Assembly: GCA_044868695.1 (NCBI GenBank)
Contig: JBIOWP010000124.1
Span: 1 to 17,403, forward strand
Direction: 5' to 3'
Origin: a bacterium
Lineage (GTDB): Bacteria > Sysuimicrobiota > Sysuimicrobiia > Sysuimicrobiales > Kaftiobacteriaceae
Length of the DNA: 17,403 bases
Part shown: piece by piece, positions 1-7,386 of the stretch
Position numbering within the stretch: the stretch's first letter is position 1
Layout of the letters: every line of letters starts with the position of its first letter
The notes under the pieces: generated by a model
The model's database searches: none
What the model was told of the DNA's origin: nothing
Seen by the model: only the letters and a program-made list of their open reading frames with translations
Translations under genes and position numbers: made by a program

Positions 1-182
1 ACATCCTCTTTCTTCAGTGCTTCCAGCATCTGAGCCCTGATTAGTACCCGGTCAGTTTCGACCAGCGTCAGGACAGACGTGTAAACCTCGCTGGCGCCCC
101 CGAGCAGCCGTCGGACCTCCTCTCCTCTGGCCTCGCCCAACAGCCAGGCGAGGACGGCGCTCGGCTCGGCGTACAGTCTCAC
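1..182 (-). CDS. vapC: PIN-domain VapC-family toxin, N-terminal part only (runs off the left edge)
   Basis: Manual translation from GTG at 182, overlapping the antitoxin stop (GTGA): MRLYAEPSAVLAWLLGEARGEEVRRLLGGASEVYTSVLTLVETDRVLIRAQMLEALKKED, open to the edge. Has the PIN beta1 motif (LYAExSA) and the second acidic motif (TSxLTLVE). Not in the ORF track. Confidence 0.85.
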   Translation of the reverse strand, partial: MRLYAEPSAVLAWLLGEARGEEVRRLLGGASEVYTSVLTLVETDRVLIRAQMLEALKKED

Positions 183-472
183 CAATCCCCGCGCTCAGCG
201 TCCAGCAGGCTGGCAGCTGTGCCCGATTGTAGTAGCCGTGACTGGCGGGGATAGACGCGGGCATTGTTGCGCGCGCCAGGTACCAACAGACCGCGGTTCA
301 CCGACCGCGCTACTGCCGGATCGATCTTCGTACCGGCGGGGATCTGACCCGGAGGGCGGAGTTCTGCCACGACCCGCCCGCGGTCGGTCACGACGACCGC
401 CTGGCCATCCCGGACTCGCCTGATGTACTGGCTGAGGCGATTCCTTAGTTCGCGCAAGCCGACGGTCTGCAC
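179..472 (-). CDS. Phd/YefM (prevent-host-death) family antitoxin
   Basis: 97 aa. N-terminus VGLRELRNRLSQYIRRVRDGQAVVVTDRGRVVAELRP is the typical Phd/YefM pattern; C-terminal LLDAERG is typical of VapC-paired antitoxins; stop overlaps the toxin start. Confidence 0.9.
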   Translation of the reverse strand: MQTVGLRELRNRLSQYIRRVRDGQAVVVTDRGRVVAELRPPGQIPAGTKIDPAVARSVNRGLLVPGARNNARVYPRQSRLLQSGTAASLLDAERGDW

Positions 473-478
473 AATGAT

Positions 479-507
479 AATGTAGCCTCAAGAAGCCCCA
501 TTGTCAC
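479..507 (-). promoter_or_regulatory. Putative sigma70-type promoter giving a leaderless antitoxin mRNA
   Basis: Minus strand: GTGACA (507-502), 17 bp, TACATT (484-479), 6 nt, GTG start (472). No purine-rich SD directly before the GTG. Confidence 0.55.
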
Positions 508-569
508 GTGTGGGGGATCGCTTAGATGCTCTTCGAAGGTGCTGCAATGAGGATGGCTCGAGTGAGCTA

Positions 570-598
570 TTGACTTCGCTCGCCCGTGATGCTATCGT
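570..598 (+). promoter_or_regulatory. Putative sigma70-type promoter of the second TA operon
   Basis: TTGACT (570-575), 17 bp, TATCGT (593-598) with extended -10 TG at 590-591; SD-like GGGGGAG at 631-637 before GTG 644. Confidence 0.6.
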
Positions 599-628
599 GC
601 ATCGTTGTGATGCACAATATGCATCACA
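588..628. promoter_or_regulatory. Two tandem inverted repeats, probable antitoxin operator
   Basis: GATGC-N6-GCATC (588-603) brackets the -10 hexamer; perfect TGTGATGCA-N5-TGCATCACA at 606-628. Confidence 0.65.
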
Positions 629-643
629 CTGGGGGAGACGACG

Positions 644-904
644 GTGAAGCTTGTGACCTTGAGAAATCTACCTCCCGAGCTGGCGAACGCGATTCGCCGC
701 AGGGCCAAGGAGCATGGGAGCAGTCTGAACAAAGCGGTGATTGGTCTGCTGCTGGAAAGTCTCGGTAAGGGTCGTCGGAAGTCCGAACGCGCCACCTACC
801 ACGATCTCGATGCATTGGCCGGATCGTGGTCAAAGGAGGAGGGGGCGAGGTTCGAGGCGTTTCTGCGTGATCAGCGGGCTATCGACCCAGACGTGTGGAG
901 ATGA
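644..904 (+). CDS. Ribbon-helix-helix (FitA/VapB-like) antitoxin
   Basis: 86 aa. N-terminal VTLRNLPPELANAIRRRAKEHGSSLNKAVIGLL is Arc/FitA-like; C-terminal HDLDALAGSWS...IDPDVWR is typical of this VapB subfamily; ATGA overlap with the toxin. Confidence 0.85.
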   Translation: MKLVTLRNLPPELANAIRRRAKEHGSSLNKAVIGLLLESLGKGRRKSERATYHDLDALAGSWSKEEGARFEAFLRDQRAIDPDVWR

Positions 905-1305
905 GTCGGATACTGCTGGACACCTCGGGTTACTCCGCATTCATGCGCGGCCACCAGGAGGTGAAGAGCGCGATCCAGCGAGCAGAGGAGCTCTCCGTGA
1001 CCCCCGTGGTCATCGGAGAACTGCTTGCCGGGTTTCTGCGGGGAAAGAATCGGCGGAAGAATGAACTCGAGTTGGAGGGATTTCTCGCGTCACCGAGGGT
1101 CCGGACCGTCAACGTCGACCCAGAGACGTCCGAGCGGTATGCCGTGATTGTCAACAGTCTCCGTGAGGCGGGCACACCGATCCCAACGAATGACATTTGG
1201 ATTGCGGCAAGCGCCATGCAGCACGGGCTGCGGCTCCTTACCACAGACGCGCACTACCGGACGGTATCGCAGATAATTGTGGACTTCCTCGAACCGGGAC
1301 CCTAG
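901..1305 (+). CDS. vapC: PIN-domain VapC-family ribonuclease toxin
   Basis: Start ATG 901 overlaps the antitoxin TGA. Motifs ILLDTS, VVIGEL, PIPTNDIWIAA, LLTTDAHY supply the conserved PIN acidic residues. Confidence 0.93.
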   Translation: MSRILLDTSGYSAFMRGHQEVKSAIQRAEELSVTPVVIGELLAGFLRGKNRRKNELELEGFLASPRVRTVNVDPETSERYAVIVNSLREAGTPIPTNDIWIAASAMQHGLRLLTTDAHYRTVSQIIVDFLEPGP

Positions 1306-1336
1306 GGTCTCACCATCTTGCAGATCGAAGTCAGCT

Positions 1337-1522
1337 CTACGCTGGCTTGATCCGGCCCTTCTTGGTCTTCCGTACGCTTCCGGTCTTGATCTTGACTTTC
1401 CGCGGTCTGATGGCAGGAGTCGCTGCCTGCGCTGTGCGCTGACGTTCTTCACGCTCTCGATTCGTCCGTGAAGCCGCCCTGAGCTCCCTGGATGCCTGCC
1501 GCAGCAGATCTTCTCTCTCCAC
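1337..1522 (-). CDS. Possible small basic protein (61 aa), hypothetical
   Basis: ORF fills otherwise intergenic space; Arg/Lys-rich C-terminus; only a weak SD-like GGACGGTGA upstream; no recognisable family. Confidence 0.25.
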   Translation of the reverse strand: MEREDLLRQASRELRAASRTNREREERQRTAQAATPAIRPRKVKIKTGSVRKTKKGRIKPA

Positions 1523-1615
1523 GAATCACCGTCCGGTTCTCAGCGACTGCGAGTATTAGTTCCAATGCGATAGAGCCAAAGAAGTCTCCTTTCTTGATCG
1601 AACGTGTCTCAAGGG

Positions 1616-1699
1616 GATTGCCACGGCCCCTTCGGGGCCTCGCAATGACAGATCAGGCTGGGCCTCGCAATGACAGACAAGGCTGCGCCTCGCAATGAC
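1616..1699. repeat. REP-like palindrome followed by a 25-bp-period tandem repeat of its right end
   Basis: GATTGCCACGGCCCCTTCGGGGCCTCGCAATGAC (1616-1649) has outer stem ATTGC/GCAAT and inner stem GGCCCC-TTC-GGGGCC. Units start at 1636, 1661 and 1686, each containing GCCTCGCAATGAC. Confidence 0.75.
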
Positions 1700-1722
1700 T
1701 AGGGATGACTCAGCAGCTGTTC

Positions 1723-3255
1723 TCACTCGCTCGCCCAGTGCGCCTTCGTCCCCAGGTCGAAGAACAGCGAGAATGGGTCGTAGGTCGCGTCCTTCAGGCG
1801 CGGGTGGGCGACGACGTGCTCAGGGCCGTAGGTCAGGATGATGATGGGCACGTCCGACACGATAATCTTCTGCGCCTGGCTGTAGAGACGCGTGCGAGCG
1901 GCCTGATCGGTTGTCGTCCGCGCCTGATCGAGCAGGCGGTCCACCTCGGCATTCTTGTATCCGGCATTGACCCCGGCGGGCGGAAACTGGCTGGAGTGGA
2001 ACCGCCGGTACAGGATGGAATCCGGATCGGGGGCGTTCCCGAGACCGAACGTAATCATGTCATAATTGCCCGTGACCCAATCGCGCACGATGGTTGCGGC
2101 TTCCCGCGGCTTCAAGACCACGGTGATCCCGACCTTCGCCAGCTGGCGCTGAATGAGCTCGGAGTACTGCTGCCGCTCCAGGTCGGCCACGGGCTCGAGC
2201 TCGATGGTGAACCCCTTCTCCTGGCCGGCCTCCTTCAGGAGCGCCCGCGCCCGCTGCTCGTTGTAGGTCATCTGATCTGTGTCGGGCTCGAAGAAGGGAG
2301 AGGAAGGCAGCACGGGCGAGGATGCCGGGACGGACATTCCCAGGTAGATGAACCGGGCGATCTGGTGGCGGTCGATGGCATAGGCAATCGCCTGGCGGAC
2401 CCGGCGATCATTCAGGGGCGGACGGTTGATGTTGAGCTGGATGAAATTGGCGGTGCTCCCCGGAACCTCGTGGACGTTGTACTTCTTGCTGGCGATCGCA
2501 CGCAGGATCTCAATGGACGGGGCAAACGAGAAGACCGCGTCGATCGCGCCCGTCTCGAACTGCAGCATGCGGACGACGGTGTCGGGGATGGGGAGCAGGA
2601 TCAGGCGCGTAATCTTGGGCGCGCCGCCGTAGTAGTCGCGGTTGGCTTCCAGCACGATCCGTGTATTGGGGACCCACTCCACGAACTTGAAGGGGCCGGA
2701 TCCGACCGGCCGGAGGTTGACGTTCGTGGGGTTGGTTTCAGCGTAGGCCTTCGGGACGATGCCGCGGATGAGCTCCGAGAGCAGGGGAGCGAATGGGGCC
2801 GACAGCTCGAAGCGAACTTCGTACTTGCCGTTCGTGCTGATCTCCCTGATGACCCGGAAGGTGCTGAAATCAGGGGACGCGAACGCCGGGTCCCGGATCG
2901 TATCGTAGGTGTACTTGACGTCCTCTGCCGACAGCTCGGTTCCGTCGTGGAACCGGACACCGCGGCGGAGGTGGAAGATGTACGTTGTCGGAGACGGGGT
3001 CTCCCAGCGCTCGGCGAGATCGGGGACGATCCCTTTCGCCGTTGCGCGGACGAGCGAGCTGTAGATCAAGGTGGTCAGCCGCCGATCGGGGGTGATGCGG
3101 CCGCGCCGGGGATCGAGTGACTGGGCGTCATCCTTGTGGCCGAGTACGACCTCCCCCCGCGCCATGCGGCTCGCAGGCTGCGCCTGCGCCAGAGAGGTGA
3201 ACAGCAGAGCCGTCAGAGCACACACGCCGGCTACCAGCTTGACCATCCTCGTCAT
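1723..3255 (-). CDS. ABC transporter solute-binding protein, family 5 (peptide/opine/nickel)
   Basis: 510 aa. Sec signal peptide ending AQA; motifs SLDP, PDLAERW, FHLRRGVRFHDG, PVGSGPFKF, DRRVRQAIAYAIDR; SD AAGGAGG upstream. Confidence 0.95.
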   Translation of the reverse strand: MTRMVKLVAGVCALTALLFTSLAQAQPASRMARGEVVLGHKDDAQSLDPRRGRITPDRRLTTLIYSSLVRATAKGIVPDLAERWETPSPTTYIFHLRRGVRFHDGTELSAEDVKYTYDTIRDPAFASPDFSTFRVIREISTNGKYEVRFELSAPFAPLLSELIRGIVPKAYAETNPTNVNLRPVGSGPFKFVEWVPNTRIVLEANRDYYGGAPKITRLILLPIPDTVVRMLQFETGAIDAVFSFAPSIEILRAIASKKYNVHEVPGSTANFIQLNINRPPLNDRRVRQAIAYAIDRHQIARFIYLGMSVPASSPVLPSSPFFEPDTDQMTYNEQRARALLKEAGQEKGFTIELEPVADLERQQYSELIQRQLAKVGITVVLKPREAATIVRDWVTGNYDMITFGLGNAPDPDSILYRRFHSSQFPPAGVNAGYKNAEVDRLLDQARTTTDQAARTRLYSQAQKIIVSDVPIIILTYGPEHVVAHPRLKDATYDPFSLFFDLGTKAHWASE

Positions 3256-3276
3256 CGTGAGCCCCCTCCTTGACCG

Positions 3277-4281
3277 TTACCTGAGTTGCTGGCCGACCAG
3301 CCTGCCCAGTCCTCCGACATCCCACTGCGCGCCCAGACCGCGCGCGCGTCCCCGCTTCCACGCTTGAAAACCCGACCACAGATCCTGGAAGGCCAGCCCC
3401 ACGCTCTTGAAGACGGTCACGTCCGTGGGAGCAGATCGGCCCGGCGCGCGGTCCAGCAAGACGTCCCCGAGTCCAACCTGCGCGTGGCCCTTGGCGATCC
3501 GCCCTTCCTGCTCCGGGATAATTAGATCGCCTGCCTCAGCCCAACACGCTTCCACGGCGTCGCAGACGATCCGGCTATGGACCACCGTGTCACTATCGAG
3601 CTCCCGGGCCGTCGGGGCATGGCTGCCGACGGCATTGATATGGGTGCCGGGGGAAATCCACGTCCAGTCGATCACGGGAGCTGCGGCGGAAGTGGCAAGA
3701 ACCAACAAGGACGCATCCCGAACGGCCGAGGCTGCGCTGTCTGCCGGGGTCAGGTTCAGCTGGAGGTCGGCTAGCGACCGGACTAACAGCGGCCACCGCG
3801 ACTTCGCCCGCGGAGAGAAGATACGGACCTCCTCCAATGGTCGGACGGCGGCCATGGCGCGGATATGCGAAATAGCCAGCGGACCCGAGCCCAGGACGCC
3901 AAGAGACGCCGGGCCCGGATTTGCCAGATGGCGCGTGGCCACCGCCGAGGCGGCCGAAGTCCGAATGAGCGTGAGCACCGTCCCGTCGAGGATGGCGAGG
4001 AGCTCGCCCGTCACGGCGTCGTGGAGAAGGACCAGGGCCTGAACGGCGGGGAGGTTGTTCGCAGGATTGGCCGGGTGCACGGTGGCGACCTTGATGCCCA
4101 CGATGGTGTCGTCCGCCGCCGGCATCGCCGCGAGCACCCCCGCGCGATGCCTCACCATGAGGCGCTGCGGCATAGTGAACATCCCCGACCCGAACAGCCT
4201 GAAGCCTTCCTCAAGCACATCAACGGCGTCGGCAGGGGGGAGCACCGCTGCGATGTCCGCCGCACTCAACAGGAGAGCCAT
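3277..4281 (-). CDS. Ornithine cyclodeaminase/mu-crystallin family NAD(P)-dependent enzyme
   Basis: Motifs LTLIRTSAASAVAT, GVLGSGPLA (Rossmann), HINAVGS, FKSVGLAFQDL. Start placed at ATG 4281 (SD-like GGAAAGGGG) rather than 4314. Confidence 0.92.
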   Translation of the reverse strand: MALLLSAADIAAVLPPADAVDVLEEGFRLFGSGMFTMPQRLMVRHRAGVLAAMPAADDTIVGIKVATVHPANPANNLPAVQALVLLHDAVTGELLAILDGTVLTLIRTSAASAVATRHLANPGPASLGVLGSGPLAISHIRAMAAVRPLEEVRIFSPRAKSRWPLLVRSLADLQLNLTPADSAASAVRDASLLVLATSAAAPVIDWTWISPGTHINAVGSHAPTARELDSDTVVHSRIVCDAVEACWAEAGDLIIPEQEGRIAKGHAQVGLGDVLLDRAPGRSAPTDVTVFKSVGLAFQDLWSGFQAWKRGRARGLGAQWDVGGLGRLVGQQLR

Positions 4282-4325
4282 GGCGCCCCTTTCCGATCCA
4301 CCGCGTACAGGCAAATCGGGCTGTC

Positions 4326-4392
4326 TTGACAGAGAAGGGTGATGGCCACTAGGATTGTGTATAATCTAGCAAAATTGCGGGGCCCATGGCAA
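4326..4392. promoter_or_regulatory. Overlapping divergent promoters with a central imperfect palindrome
   Basis: Plus: TTGACA (4326-4331), 18 bp, TAGGAT (4350-4355), with a TATAAT also at 4360-4365. Minus: TTGCCA (4392-4387), 18 bp, TGc-TAGATT (4368-4363). CTAGGATTGTGTATAATCTAG (4349-4369) is an imperfect inverted repeat. Confidence 0.55.
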
Positions 4393-4402
4393 GGATGGTT
4401 CA

Positions 4403-5131
4403 ATGGCCAGAGTAGCTGCCAAAGAGCAGCCTCAGGACGCGGGGGACGTTCTCCCGCGGATCGCCGACCGTGACGTAGACAGCGTCCTGGCACTGCTCCG
4501 CCCCGCCGCCGAGGCGATCGGCAAGACGGTGGGGGCCCACTGCGAGGTCGTCCTGCACGATCTGCGCGTACCGGAACGCTCGATCGTCGCCATCACCAAC
4601 GGAGCCGTGACCGGGCGGCGGGTCGGTGGTCCCGTCGTCGGGGGTCCGGCCAAGGACGTGGCGCTGAAGCTGCTCGATTCTGCGATCAAGGAATCGACGT
4701 TGTCCGTGGGGTACCGTACGAAAACGCGGGACGGCCGCGAGCTCCGCTCGACCTCGCTCGTCCTCCGGACGCCGGCAGGCAAGCCGGTGATCGCCCTGTG
4801 CATCAACCTCGACCTGTCCGCGTTCACCATGGCGCGCCTCCTGCTCGACGAGATCTCTAAGACGTCCACGAGCGCTATGGAGGCCGGCGGTGAAGAGGTG
4901 CAGCTGGACGTCGGGGACGTCATCGCGCACATGATCGAGGAAGCGCTTGCCGAGGTCGGAAAGCCGGCCAAGTTCATGGACCGCGAAGACCGCCTCCAGG
5001 CTGTGCGCCTCATGCACGAGCGGGGGCTGTTCCTCATCCGGGGAGGCGTGGAACGCGCCGCGGCCGCCCTGGGCATTTCGAAGTTCACCCTCTACGGCTA
5101 TCTCAAGGACGTCCGGGCCTTTCACTCATAA
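4403..5131 (+). CDS. YheO/DauR-like transcriptional regulator (PAS_6 + HTH_22)
   Basis: CEVVLHDL...SIVAITNGAVTGRRVGGP, LRSTS, ALCINLD (YheO PAS) and LHERGLFLIRGGVERAAAALGISKFTLYGYL (HTH). Confidence 0.93.
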   Translation: MARVAAKEQPQDAGDVLPRIADRDVDSVLALLRPAAEAIGKTVGAHCEVVLHDLRVPERSIVAITNGAVTGRRVGGPVVGGPAKDVALKLLDSAIKESTLSVGYRTKTRDGRELRSTSLVLRTPAGKPVIALCINLDLSAFTMARLLLDEISKTSTSAMEAGGEEVQLDVGDVIAHMIEEALAEVGKPAKFMDREDRLQAVRLMHERGLFLIRGGVERAAAALGISKFTLYGYLKDVRAFHS

Positions 5132-5149
5132 CACGCGGGAGGTGGGGCA

Positions 5150-6691
5150 ATGGTTCGACCGTTCCTCGGCAAGATGGTGGTAATCACGCTGGTGGTCGGT
5201 GTGCTCGCAACCGCGCCCGCGCTGGTGCTGGGTCAGTCCCCGGAGCAACGGCAGCGGATAGAGCGCGGCGAGCTGATCATCGGCTACCAGAGCGATGCAC
5301 AGAGCCTCGACCCGCGGCGGACCCGCATTACGCCCGATCGTCGTGTCAATGGCCTCATCCATAGCGCGCTGCTGCGGGCGACCTCGAAGGGGTTGGTCGG
5401 CGATCTGGCGACGTCCTGGGACGTACGCAACCCGACGACCTACGTGTTCAAGCTCCGCAACAACGTGCGGTTCCACGATGGGTCCCCGTTGACCTCGGCG
5501 GACATCAAGTACACGTACGACACGATGCGGGATCCGCAGTTCGCCTCGCCGGACCTCGGCACGTTCAGTGTGATCAACGAGATCGAGGCGCCCGATGCGG
5601 CGACGGTGATCTTTCGGCTCAAGGAGCCGAGGGCCTCATTTCTCGCCGAGCTGTGGCGGGGAATTGTGTCGAAGCGGCAGGCCGAGGCGGATGCGACCGC
5701 GCCAAACCTCAGACCGATCGGTAGCGGCCCGTATCGGTTTGTCGAATGGGTGCCGAACACGCGAATCGTGCTCGAAGCCAACCGAGACTACTTCGAGGGC
5801 GCGCCCGGGTTTACCAAGATCACCTTCGTTCCGGTGACCGATAACGCTGTGCGCGCCCTGCAGGTGGAGAGCGGCGTGGTTGACGTGATCTGGACCGGCG
5901 TCGTGCCTGAGATCGCCCGCATGCGGAAGAATGCGGCCCTGAATGTCTACGAGGTCAAAGGCGCGCAGGCCGACTTCATTCAAGTCAATGGAGGCCGTGG
6001 AGCGCTCCGGGACGTGCGGGTGCGCCGCGCACTGTCCTTCGGCGTCAACCGGCAGGAAATTTCGCAACTCGTCTACTTCGGCCTCGCCAGCCCGGGGGCG
6101 TCGCCGATCCTTCCATCTTCCGCGTTCCATGAGAAGAACGTGGAACAGTACACGTACAACCCATCGAGAGCCAAGGCCCTCCTCGCCGAGGCGGGCGTCA
6201 GCGACCTCACGGTCGAGCTCGAGCATCTCGCGGAGACGACGACCGCGCAGTACTCTCAGGTGTTCCAAAATCAGCTGGCCCGGATCGGCGTAAACGTCAC
6301 GTTGAAACCGCGTGAGGCGGCGACGATCATCCGCGACTGGAGCAGCGGAAACTACGACATGATCTCGTTTCAGCTGGGCCCGGCTCCCGATCCGGACTCC
6401 GTCCTCTACCGGCGCTTCCATACCAGCGCCATCGTCCCCAAGGACGTGAATGCCAACTACAGTAATGCGGAGTTGGACCGGTTGTTGGACGCGGCACGGG
6501 CGGAGTCCGACCAGGGAAAGCGAAAAGCCCTGTACAGCCAGGCCCAGAAGATCATTGTGCGCGACGTGCCGATCCTGATCCTCACCTTCAAGTCCGAGTA
6601 CGTGGTGGGGAGCAGCGCGATCCAAAACCTGTCTTACGATTCGTTCTCCCTGTTCTTTGACGTCGGGCGCAAGGGAGGATGGAAGAAGTAG
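5150..6691 (+). CDS. ABC transporter solute-binding protein, family 5; paralogue of 1723-3255
   Basis: 513 aa. Signal peptide; SLDP, FKLRNNVRFHDG, PIGSGPYRF, DVRVRRALSFGVNR; SD GGAGGT. Confidence 0.95.
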   Translation: MVRPFLGKMVVITLVVGVLATAPALVLGQSPEQRQRIERGELIIGYQSDAQSLDPRRTRITPDRRVNGLIHSALLRATSKGLVGDLATSWDVRNPTTYVFKLRNNVRFHDGSPLTSADIKYTYDTMRDPQFASPDLGTFSVINEIEAPDAATVIFRLKEPRASFLAELWRGIVSKRQAEADATAPNLRPIGSGPYRFVEWVPNTRIVLEANRDYFEGAPGFTKITFVPVTDNAVRALQVESGVVDVIWTGVVPEIARMRKNAALNVYEVKGAQADFIQVNGGRGALRDVRVRRALSFGVNRQEISQLVYFGLASPGASPILPSSAFHEKNVEQYTYNPSRAKALLAEAGVSDLTVELEHLAETTTAQYSQVFQNQLARIGVNVTLKPREAATIIRDWSSGNYDMISFQLGPAPDPDSVLYRRFHTSAIVPKDVNANYSNAELDRLLDAARAESDQGKRKALYSQAQKIIVRDVPILILTFKSEYVVGSSAIQNLSYDSFSLFFDVGRKGGWKK

Positions 6692-6693
6692 TC

Positions 6694-7386
6694 ATGAATG
6701 TCTGGGCGAAGCTGGGAGAAGCCGCGCCTCCGCTGGTCCGGCTCTTCGATCCTCTGCCGCAAATGGCCCTGGAGCGAGGGCGCACTGCGCTCCTCGTCAT
6801 CGACATGGAGGCTGGATCGGTCACCGAAGGAGATGGGCTCATCGCCATGGCAGAAGCGCGGGAGATATCCATGGCGTACTACCTGTCGCGGCTCAAGCAG
6901 GTGGTCCCCAACATTCGCCGCCTCCAGGACGGGTTTCGCGCAGCGGGGCTGGAGGTGGTCCACACGAAGGGGCGTGGGACAAAGGGCGGCCACTGCCTCG
7001 GCGGCGTGCGCGTCCGGCCGCTGCGCAGCGATCAAGCCCCGCGGCGGAGGGGGATCATTCCAGAGCTCGCCCCCCAGGACGGCGAGGTGGTGATCGAGAA
7101 GGACACCCCCGGCCCGTTCGGCGTGACCAACATCGACCACGCCCTCCGTATGCTCGGCGTGGACATCCTTGTGGTGACCGGCGTCGTCACGGATCAGTGC
7201 GTCGAGGCAACCGTTCGCGGGGCGTTCGACTTTGGGTACCAGGTCATCCTGGTGGAGGACGCCTGCGCTACGGTCAGCGCGGAGCTCCACGATGGATCGC
7301 TGCGGGCGCTCGCCGACTGGTTCTGCCGAGTCTGGACGACCTCGGAAGTCCTCGAAGGGTTGCGCAAGCTTGAGGAGGGGAAGTAG
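6694..7386 (+). CDS. Isochorismatase-like cysteine hydrolase (amidase)
   Basis: Asp-Lys-Cys triad motifs LLVIDM, VIEK, TGVVTDQCVEATVR and LVEDAC. Start ATG 6694, 2 nt after the SBP stop. Confidence 0.9.
   Translation: MNVWAKLGEAAPPLVRLFDPLPQMALERGRTALLVIDMEAGSVTEGDGLIAMAEAREISMAYYLSRLKQVVPNIRRLQDGFRAAGLEVVHTKGRGTKGGHCLGGVRVRPLRSDQAPRRRGIIPELAPQDGEVVIEKDTPGPFGVTNIDHALRMLGVDILVVTGVVTDQCVEATVRGAFDFGYQVILVEDACATVSAELHDGSLRALADWFCRVWTTSEVLEGLRKLEEGK

Noticed and set aside
91..104. Possible frameshift in the left vapC at a G/C run
   Set aside because: The run is five C (97-101) and the minus frame reads CTC GGG GGC GCC AGC without interruption.
1298..1309. 12-bp palindrome GACCCTAGGGTC on the vapC stop codon
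   Set aside because: No loop or U-tract for a terminator and no IS features nearby; plausibly chance.
1636..1699. Three regularly spaced repeats as a mini CRISPR array
   Set aside because: Period is only 25 bp, the intervening segments are nearly identical to each other, and no cas genes are present.
1705..3120. 471-aa plus-strand ORF
   Set aside because: Antisense shadow of the SBP gene, common in high-GC DNA; no motifs.
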